Positions 55,902 to 64,000 of a stretch of DNA of 64,000 nt are shown here, piece by piece. The DNA is from an uncultured delta proteobacterium (lineage in GTDB: Bacteria > Desulfobacterota > Binatia > UBA9968), in NCBI GenBank assembly GCA_963840855.1, contig CAWJBB010000059.1, positions 34,990-98,989 of the forward strand, given 5' to 3'. A program made the translations under genes and the position numbers. How positions within the stretch are numbered: position 1 is the first letter of the stretch; every line of letters begins with the position of its first letter. The notes beneath the pieces were generated by a model that made no database searches, was not told the DNA's origin, and saw only the letters and a program-made list of their open reading frames with translations.

Positions 55902-56795
55902 ATGAACCTATTCCTGCTGTTCGCTGTGGTCCTATTTCCATTTCTCACGGCGCATAACCTGCGGTCCGCAGAACCGGCCGTGAGTATACGCCAGCCCGCG
56001 TCGGTAGCTCACGCTTACTTGCGCGCGGTGTACGCCCGCGACTTTGCCGAGGCCTATCGTTATGTGTCCGGCGAGGACCAGCGCGCCAGAAATCTCAATC
56101 AATACCTGCGCCAGCGCGGCCCCTTTAACGGTTTCGCCCTGGACGTGGCTAGAATGCTTGCAGCGATGGTCGAGGTCAAAACCACCCAAACACAAACTGT
56201 TTCGAATCGCGTGCTGTTAACCGTTCATTACACGGCGCCTGATCCGGAAAAACTCTCGGCGCTTTTGCGCCACTGGAACGGCTACCAGTTAAACTCGCTA
56301 TCGCCTACGGAACGCAAGCAAATCATCGAAGCCATCGAGAGCAAGAAACGCGACAGGTCGATCGAGATGATCGCCGGCGAGGAAAAATTGACCCTCATGA
56401 AAGAGGGCGACGAGTGGCGCATCTTTCTAGACTGGGCCGCAGGCGTCACGATCCCGATTCACACCATCGTTGCGGAGCCCGCCGCCGCAGCCGCCATAGA
56501 CGTTCGTTTCTCGCCCAAACAAGTCGCAACTCAGCCCGGAGAAGTTTTCGAAATCATTTTAAAAATAAAAAACCTTTCTCCACAGCCCATCACCACGCGC
56601 ATCGGCCATCTTGTCGAGCCCAAAGAACTGGCTGATTATTTCGAGATCGTGCAGTGCGGTTTTCTCTTGCCCGTGAGCCTCCAACCGGGGGTCGAGCAAG
56701 AATATTCCGCTACCTATTTACTAAGGGGGAGCCTTCCGGAAGGCGTTCGGAAACTGAGCTTGAACTATGATTTCAGATTAGACCAGGCGAAGTAG
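55902..56795 (+). CDS. Cox11/CtaG-like domain protein, paralog 2
   Basis: Signal peptide; YARDFAEAY...EGDEWRIFLDW; PGEVF...KNLSPQPI...VEPKELADYFEIVQCGF...LSLNYDF. Confidence 0.75.
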   Translation: MNLFLLFAVVLFPFLTAHNLRSAEPAVSIRQPASVAHAYLRAVYARDFAEAYRYVSGEDQRARNLNQYLRQRGPFNGFALDVARMLAAMVEVKTTQTQTVSNRVLLTVHYTAPDPEKLSALLRHWNGYQLNSLSPTERKQIIEAIESKKRDRSIEMIAGEEKLTLMKEGDEWRIFLDWAAGVTIPIHTIVAEPAAAAAIDVRFSPKQVATQPGEVFEIILKIKNLSPQPITTRIGHLVEPKELADYFEIVQCGFLLPVSLQPGVEQEYSATYLLRGSLPEGVRKLSLNYDFRLDQAK

Positions 56796-56881
56796 AACCT
56801 CGTGAATATTTTATGGTTAATTGATCGGCAAACAGCTGCGTGAACCGGGATTGGCATACGTCTAAAGATTACGGAGGAAAC

Positions 56882-57475
56882 ATGAAACTGCGACTGCTGA
56901 TTTGCCATATACCTTTATTTCTTGCCATCGTTTTGTCTGGCCTGTCTTTGCGGGCCACGCAATCGTCGTATCTTGCGGTTTTGACAGCTCAGGCCCAGGA
57001 TTCGTCTCTTGAGAATAAGAAAATTGTGCCCTTCGTGCCGACACCTCAAGAGGTTGTTGACAAAATGATCGAGCTGGGCGGGGTTAAAAAAGGCGACACC
57101 GTCTACGATCTGGGCTCCGGCGATGGCCGTATCGTCATCACCGCGGCGAAAAAAGGCGCCAGGGCCGTGGGATTCGAGATCGACGGAGATCTGTTGAAAG
57201 AATCGCGGGAAAATATCCAGAAGGCCGGCGTGGAAAATTTAGCCGAGATTCGCCAGCAGGATATTCTCACCGTTGATCTCTCCGCCGCATCGGTGGTCAC
57301 CATGTATCTACTGCCGGACGTCAATCTAAAACTCAGGCCCAATGTCTTGAGCCAGATGAAACCCGGCTCCCGAGTCGTCTCCCACGCTTTTGACATGGGC
57401 GACTGGAAACCCGACAAAACCGAAAGAGTCAACGGCCGCACGATCTATCTTTGGATCGTTCCCGCCAAGAAATAG
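56882..57475 (+). CDS. Class I SAM-dependent methyltransferase with a signal-peptide-like N-terminus
   Basis: VPFVPTP, YDLGSGDGRI, VVTMYL and RVVSHAF motifs. Confidence 0.88.
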   Translation: MKLRLLICHIPLFLAIVLSGLSLRATQSSYLAVLTAQAQDSSLENKKIVPFVPTPQEVVDKMIELGGVKKGDTVYDLGSGDGRIVITAAKKGARAVGFEIDGDLLKESRENIQKAGVENLAEIRQQDILTVDLSAASVVTMYLLPDVNLKLRPNVLSQMKPGSRVVSHAFDMGDWKPDKTERVNGRTIYLWIVPAKK

Positions 57476-57505
57476 TATATTGCGTTCGACCCTGAACCAA
57501 TTGTC

Positions 57506-58384
57506 GTGAAAAAACTATTGCTCATTGCCAGCTCGCTGCTGCTGATCTTACGCCGCTTTTTCTGCTTAAACATGGGCCCCGCGCCGCGCTGCCCGAGCCC
57601 GTCCTCGTCCTCTCGCGTTATCTCAAAGCGAGCTACGCGCGCGATTACAAACAAGCCTATAGGTTTATATCTGCGAAAGACCGGCAGTTGAAACCCGAAA
57701 AAGTCTATGTGCGCGAGCGCGGCACCTTTAGCGGCTTTACCTTGGCGGCGGCGCGCAAGCTGGCCGAGTCGATCGCCGTTGAGCCGGTGAAAATCACCGC
57801 GGACGGAGACCGCACCAGGATCAGAGCTGCGCTCAAACTTCCCGACGCCGGCAGCCTCGCGCCTCTGCTGATGGATTGGGATGAGGAAAAACTCAATGCC
57901 CTGCCGTCCGCCGACCAGCGCAAAATCCTTGCCGCCATCGACCGGCTAAGCCGCAGCGGCACGATCAAAACGATTCAAGGGGAAGAAGAGTTCGCGCTGG
58001 TCAAGGAAGACAAGGCGTGGCGCCTCGCCTTGGATTGGGACGCCGCTTTGCGCGTCAGCTTCGCTTCCGTCGTGCCGGCTGACGGCGCCCTCGAAGCCGA
58101 GCCGATTCCTCAGGGAAACCGTCGTCAAATCCAGCGAACCGTTCCGCATCAGCTATCGGGTCAGCAATCGCTCCGGCAAAGCTCTGCGCACCCGCATCAT
58201 CCACAAGGTCGAGCCACAAGAGCTCAGGGAATATCTGGACATTATCGAATGCGCGCTGCTCCTGCCCACCTCCGTCCCTGCGGGGCAACAGGCGGAGTAT
58301 TCGACGACTTACTTGGTGCGCGGCGATCTGCCCGAGAGCGCGCGCAAGTTCAATATCACCTATGAGTTCAAAATCGACCCGTAA
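57506..58384 (+). CDS. Cox11/CtaG-like domain protein, paralog 3 (frameshifts near 57590 and 58110)
   Basis: SYARDYKQAY and LLMDWDEEKLNAL; the shifted frame gives HKVEPQELREYLDIIECALLLP...FNITYEFKIDP*. Confidence 0.72.
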
Positions 58385-59006
58385 GCGCATCGTGACGATT
58401 TCGTGGGTCGTCGGCGCATTCTATTGCGTCTTCACCTGCGCCGCCGCCTTCGCCCACTTTCCCATTCCGCCAAAGAAAAGCGAGATCGGCCGCCGGGTGG
58501 TCGACAAGCCGGTGAAAAATTTTATCCTCACCGATCAAGAGGGAAAAAAATTTCAGCTCGCGGACGCCCGGGGAAAAATCTTGGCCATAACCTTCGTATA
58601 CACGAAGTGTCCGGATGTCTGCCCGCTTTTCACCGCGAAGTTCGCGTCCATACAGCGCGCCCTCGAGCAGCAAAAAAAGCCAGCGGATTACCTGTTGCTG
58701 ACGATCACCACGGACCCGGAATATGACACGCCGAAGCAGCTCAAGTCTTACGCGGATCACTTCAAGCCGAATTTTTCTACTTGGCTCTTTCTCACCGGCA
58801 CGAAAGAGCCTTTGGGCAAAGTCTGGAAGGATTTCGGCGTAAACGTGCGCAAGAGCGCCGATGGCCACGTACAGCACACGGCTTTAACGACGCTCATCGA
58901 CCGCAAGGGCATGCGCCGGGTTGACTACTATGGGGACAAATGGCACGAAAACGAACTTTTGCAGGATCTCGTTTCACTCGCCGAGCGCAACCAGCCCGCG
59001 GACTGA
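58362..59006 (+). CDS. SCO family copper chaperone
   Basis: YTKCPDVCP, ITTDPEYDTP and QHT motifs. Confidence 0.9.
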   Translation: MSSKSTRKRIVTISWVVGAFYCVFTCAAAFAHFPIPPKKSEIGRRVVDKPVKNFILTDQEGKKFQLADARGKILAITFVYTKCPDVCPLFTAKFASIQRALEQQKKPADYLLLTITTDPEYDTPKQLKSYADHFKPNFSTWLFLTGTKEPLGKVWKDFGVNVRKSADGHVQHTALTTLIDRKGMRRVDYYGDKWHENELLQDLVSLAERNQPAD

Positions 59007-59554
59007 TGGCGCTTTGCGCCGGCGTCGCCGCCGCGCTGCTCTTCGGCGGCGTTCTTCATGCGGCGAGCGCAGACCAGGGACTTTTGGAAATTCGCGTCAA
59101 GGACCATCGCGAGGCCATCGGCGATTTTTCCCGCCTGACACTGAAGCTCGGTAAAATCTCTATCAGCCCAAAACCCGGCCTGGCATTTTGGAAAGTGGGC
59201 TGGCGGGAACTGTCACCCGCAGTTCAAGCCGTGGACTTGACGAAGTATACCGGTAAGGAAACCGCGACGGTCTTCAAAGCTATGATCGATGCCGGCCCTT
59301 TCGACGCGATCCAGCTCAAGCTCGACGGCATTGAAGGCATTCTCAAGAAAAACCAGCGCCAGTCAAAAGTGAAAAATGCCCTGACACCCATCAAACTTTC
59401 TTTCTCCGTCGAACCCAAAGGCGAAACTGTCATTATCCTCGACCTCGTCGTGCTCGACATGTCGGATCACCCGCCGCGGGGCTATGAACTGGGCCTCAAA
59501 GGCTACGAGCTTTATATGAACGGTAAATTGATCGATAAAATACCTCCAGGTTGA
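59006..59554 (+). CDS. DUF4382-like exported beta-sandwich protein
   Basis: Signal peptide; GLLEIRVKD, VDLTKY, GPFDAIQL and IILD. Confidence 0.6.
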   Translation: MALCAGVAAALLFGGVLHAASADQGLLEIRVKDHREAIGDFSRLTLKLGKISISPKPGLAFWKVGWRELSPAVQAVDLTKYTGKETATVFKAMIDAGPFDAIQLKLDGIEGILKKNQRQSKVKNALTPIKLSFSVEPKGETVIILDLVVLDMSDHPPRGYELGLKGYELYMNGKLIDKIPPG

Positions 59555-59704
59555 ACGCAGAGCGCGGATAGCGGCATCAATCGCCGAAGCAAGAGAGCAA
59601 GTTTGCTGCTTCCCGACGTCTAAGTGGTATGAAGCGGGCGGTGAAGCCGGAGGTCCTTTAAGCGGGTAGAAAAAGGTAATGGGGCAAAAATGATCGGAGG
59701 TGCA

Positions 59705-60733
59705 ATGAAAACTGCGTTTTTCGCGCTGACCTTTTTGATTTTATTGACGTCGCCTACGTTCTCGCAAACGCCTTTCTATCAAGGCAAGACCATCAGAGTG
59801 GTAATAGGATACACCGCCGGAGGCACCAACGATCTGTGGGCGCGCGCCGTCTCCCGCTTTTGGGGCAAGCACATTCCGGGAAATCCCAATATCATCGTGC
59901 AAAATATGCCGGGCGCCGGCACAATGGTCGCGGCTAATTACGTTTATGGCGTTGCAAAATCGGACGGGCTTACCCTCGGGTTGATCGCCAACGCCCTGTT
60001 TTTCAACCAGATTGGAGGGCAAAAGGAAGTCAAATTCGATTGGGCAAAGTTCGCGTGGATCGGCTCGCCGGAGGAAACCAGCGAAATGCTCTCCATGCGC
60101 TCCGACAGTCCGTTCAAAACTATGGATGATATTCGCAACGCGACCGTGCCGCCCAAATGCGGCACCACCGGAGCCGGCACCCCTGGCCATTACTTCCCGC
60201 GACTACTGGAAGAGGTTCTGGGACTGAAGATTGACCTCGTTACCGGTTATCCCGGTGCTTCTGAGATTGACCTCGCCATCGAGAAAGGAGAAGTCCAGTG
60301 CCGCGGCGGCACAACCAGCGCTTTTTTTGGCCGGGAACCAGGCCGCACCTGGGCCAAGACCGGATTTGTCCGCATACTTGTAATCGGCGGATCAAAGCGA
60401 GACGCAAGGGCGCCGGACGCGCCAACGATCTGGGAGCTGATGGACAAACACAAAACACCGGAGTCTGGCAAACGCCTTACCACGGTTTTGCTCTCGCCGG
60501 GTTCGTTTGGCCGTCCCATCGTGGGCGGCCCCGGGATTCCCGCTGACAGGGTCAAAGTCCTCCGCGATGGCTTTTTAAAAGCGATGAGTGATCCCGAGCT
60601 TTTGGCCGAAGCAGAAAAGCGCGGCTGGGAGCCGGACCCCGTAACCGGCGACAAGCTTCAGGCTCTGGCGCGCGAAGTGGTCACGCAGCCGCCCGAGGTC
60701 ATCGCCCGAATGAATGTGGTCTTGGGAAAATGA
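59705..60733 (+). CDS. Tripartite tricarboxylate transporter (Bug/TctC) substrate-binding protein
   Basis: FYQGKTI...AGGTND, VQNMPGAG, DGLTLG and GYPG motifs. Confidence 0.9.
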   Translation: MKTAFFALTFLILLTSPTFSQTPFYQGKTIRVVIGYTAGGTNDLWARAVSRFWGKHIPGNPNIIVQNMPGAGTMVAANYVYGVAKSDGLTLGLIANALFFNQIGGQKEVKFDWAKFAWIGSPEETSEMLSMRSDSPFKTMDDIRNATVPPKCGTTGAGTPGHYFPRLLEEVLGLKIDLVTGYPGASEIDLAIEKGEVQCRGGTTSAFFGREPGRTWAKTGFVRILVIGGSKRDARAPDAPTIWELMDKHKTPESGKRLTTVLLSPGSFGRPIVGGPGIPADRVKVLRDGFLKAMSDPELLAEAEKRGWEPDPVTGDKLQALAREVVTQPPEVIARMNVVLGK

Positions 60734-60853
60734 GCATTGTTCACGGAGGTGAGACCAACGAAGACATTGTTCCGAAGGGAATCTAAAATAGCTCGATCTG
60801 GCGGCGTCGAAGGTCTTAAATCACCGACTCACCTTCTATCGTTTCTAAACTCG

Positions 60854-63800
60854 TTACGCCGCCACTTCCCAACCCAGCAATTCCACTTGCTCCAACACCG
60901 TCTGCGTTGCCTTCTCCTGCTTGTCGGGCGGGTAACCGTACTTGCGCAGGATTCGTTTGATGATGACGCGTAATTGAGCGCGCACGTTCTCGCGCATGGT
61001 CCAGTCGATGGTGACGTTTTTACGCACCGCGTCCGTGACCTCGCGCGCGATGGTGCGCAAAGTTTCGTCGCCGAGAATCTTGACCGCGCTGTCGTTGGTT
61101 TCGAGAGCGTCGTAGAAAGCCAACTCCTCTTCGCTTAACTTTAGCGTCGCGCCCCGTTCGTTAGCCCGGCGCATGTCCTTGGCGAGGGCGATCATTTCTT
61201 CGATCACTTGTGCTGCTTCGATGGCGCGGTTCTGGTATTTTCGGATGGACTGCTCGAGCATCGCGGCAAACGATTTTGCTTGGACGACGTTCTTTTTGCG
61301 CCTCATCTGAACTTCGCCGGAAAGCAACTTCCGCAGTAATTCCACGGCGAGATTTCTTTGCGGCATGCCGCGTACTTCGGCCAAGAACTCGTCTGAGAGG
61401 ATAGAGATGTCGGGCTTTTGCAGTCCCGCAGCCGCGAAGATGTCCATCACGCCCTCGGGCGCGACCGCGCGAGACACGATTTGCCGAACGGCCAAATCCA
61501 ACTCTTCTTGAGTCTTAGTTTCACCTGGCGCGTGTTTGGTGAGCACCGCGCGCACCGCCTGAAAGAAGGCAACGTCGTCGCGTATGCGCAGCGCCTCCTC
61601 GTGCGGCACTGCGAGCGCAAACGCCCGCGAGAGATCGCGCACGACTTCCATCAGCCGCTCCTTACCCTTCTCTAGCTCGGGCCTCAGGATATGTTCCTGG
61701 GCTGCCGGTAAGACAGAGAGTCGTTCTTCGGGTTTGCCCGCTTTCCATTTCGACCAGTCGAATCCGTGGAACAGGCCGCAGCAGATTTCGTACTTTTCCA
61801 ACATGACCGCCACCGCTTCTTCCTGATCGATGGCGGTTTTACCGGTGCCGCCGCTTTCCGTGTAGGTGGCGAGCGCTTGCTTCAGCTCGTGCGCAAGTCC
61901 GAGATAGTCGACCACCAGTCCTCCGGGCTTCTCCCGAAACACACGGTTTACGCGAGCGATCGCCTGCATGAGCCCGTGGCCACGCATCGGTTTGTCTACG
62001 TACATAGTATGCAGCGAGGGCGCGTCGAAGCCGGTCAGCCACATGTCGCGGACAAGGACCATCCTGAATGGATCGGCAGGATCACGAAAGCGTTTGGCGA
62101 GATCTTCGCGCCTTGACTTGTTGCGTGCGTGCTCCGCCACTCGTGGTCCTTCAGACGCGTTACCGGTCATAACTACTTTGATAATTCCTTTATCGTCGTT
62201 CGGACTGTACCAATGAGGGCGCAGCTTCACGATTTCGTCGTGTAGGTCCATGCAAATCCGTCGACTCATGCACACGATCATCGCCTTGCCTTCGTCCTGG
62301 GTCTGGCGCAGCATCGCCTCCGCCCGCAATTCGAAGTGGTCGACGATGTCCTGGGCGATGAGCTTGATGCGCTTGCCCGCGCCGACCACGGCTTCGAGCT
62401 GTGCCCACTTGGACTTGAGTTTTTCTTTCCTGTCGATTTCTTCGCCCTCGGTCGCTTCCTCGAAGTCCGGGTCAATCTTGGGCCGCTCCGCTTCGTCGAG
62501 TTCCAGCTTGGCCAAACGGCTTTCGTAGTAGATCGGCACGGTCGCTTTGTCTTCGACGGCGCGCTGGATATCGTAAACGCTGATGTAGTCGCCGAAAACT
62601 GCGCGGGTGTTCTTGTCGGTAAGCTCGATGGGCGTGCCGGTGAAACCGATGAAAGACGCGTTGGGCAAGCGCGTCGCGCATGTGGCGCGCAAAGCCGTCG
62701 ATAAAGTCGTATTGGCTCCGGTGCGCTTCGTCGGCGATAACCACGATGTTGCGCCTGTCGGAGAGCACCGGGTGTTGATCGCCTCTCTCCTCCGGCAAAA
62801 ACTTCTGGATCGTCGTGAAGATCACACCCCCCGCGTTCACGTTAAGTTTCGCGCGCATGTCGGCGCGGCTCTCCGCCTGCACCGGTGGCTGTCGCAAGAG
62901 TTCCTTACAACGTGAGAAGGTGCCGAATAGTTGATCGTCGAGATCGTTTCGATCAGTCAGTATTACGAGCGTCGGATTCGCCATCTCCGGTTCGAGGATC
63001 ACTCGCCCGGCGTAGAATGCCATCGTGAGACTCTTGCCCGATCCTTGCGTATGCCAGACGACGCCTACCCGACGATCACCCGGTTTGCCTCCTGGCTGTT
63101 TTGATGATCTTGTAAACGCCCTCGCAGGATCATGCCAACTTGTTCCGTCTCTGCCCGCATGCGCGCCGCGCGCAGGGTCTCCTGGACCGCAACGTTGACC
63201 GCGTGGAACTGGTGGTAGCCTGCGATCTTCTTAGCCACCGCGCCGCCACCAAAATCTTCGAACACGATGAAGTAACGAAGGAGGTCGAGGAAACGCCGCT
63301 TGTCAAAACACTCCTTGGATCATCACCTGGAGTTCCGGTAAGTAATTTTCAGCAAGCGTCTCGCCACGTGATTGTGCGCCAAGGTTTAAACCACTCCCGG
63401 CCCGCGCCAAGCGAGCCGATGCGCGCTTGGACCCCATCCGAAATCAGCAACGTCTCGTTGTAGGCGAACAGCGACTGAATCTCGGCCTGGTAGGTCTGCA
63501 ATTGCTGATAGGCATCCCAGATCGTCGTGTCCTCATCAGCGGCATTCTTTAGCTCAACGACAGCCGAGTGGGAGACCGTTGACGAAGATGACAATATCCG
63601 GTCGCCGGTTGTGTTTGTTTTCAACGACGGTGAATTGATTGACGGCGAGCCAGTCATTGTTGTCCGGATCCTTGAAATCGATCAGGAAGGCCTGGGCGCC
63701 GCGAATGGCACCGTCGGATCGATACTCGACTGTGACGCCGTCTACCAGCAGCCGATGAAACGCCCGATTCCTCGCATCGAGCGTTGCGCCTTCAAGACGG

Positions 63801-64000
63801 GTGATTTTACGGAAAGCGTCGTCAATCGCTTCGGCGGGCAGAGTCGGATTCAGTCGCACGAGCGCTTCGCGCAGGCGGGTCGCGAGGATGACTTGGCCGT
63901 AGTCTCCCCGTTCGGCGAACAGCTCTCCCGGCGCGATTTCTGGCCCATGCTTGACAGCGAATCCGAGGCTCTCCAGCCATGCGAGCGCGGCATCTTCGAC
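60854..64000 (-). CDS. hsdR: Type I restriction endonuclease subunit R (several frameshifts; start beyond the window)
   Basis: [17 protein letters not shown] nuclease motif; [38 protein letters not shown] and [10 protein letters not shown]. Confidence 0.95.

Noticed and set aside
62640-63560. Programmed frameshifting or phase variation in hsdR
   Set aside because: There are several breaks without long homopolymer or repeat tracts, the same pattern as the other indel-broken genes.

Overview
This is a chromosomal segment of a GC-rich diderm bacterium. Gene content and repeat style suggest a deltaproteobacterial-type lineage such as Candidatus Binatia (inference only). (1) 1-6430: three nested mobile elements, an IS1182-family IS inside istA of an IS21-family IS, itself inside a large-serine-recombinase element. 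(2) 6486-17500: a complete rRNA operon on the minus strand (16S, tRNA-Ile, tRNA-Ala, 23S, 5S) and the core block zapB-like, zapA, 6S RNA, 5-formylTHF cyclo-ligase, rny, ymdB, tyrS. (3) 17680-27200: an accessory region with integron-like cassettes and attC sites, three to four copies of a promoter+attI-like module with no IntI, toxin-antitoxin genes, candidate defence nucleases, and a 2-TM protein plus secreted TPR protein that share a 27-aa amyloid/RHIM-like motif (best candidate for a new system). (4) 27245-38512: Sco/cytochrome c and a molybdate uptake region. (5) 38656-59554: a large NikR-headed metal cluster with a TonB-dependent receptor, MFS and ABC transporters, a RAPP-ending leader ORF, a BNR-repeat protein, TlpA, DUF4198, CopCD, an MbnH-like di-heme enzyme, three single-Cys Cox11-like paralogs and Sco. 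(6) A TctC-like binding protein and a partial type I RM hsdR. Many genes are broken by single-base indels, probably long-read assembly errors. All family calls come from motif recognition by eye, not database searches.
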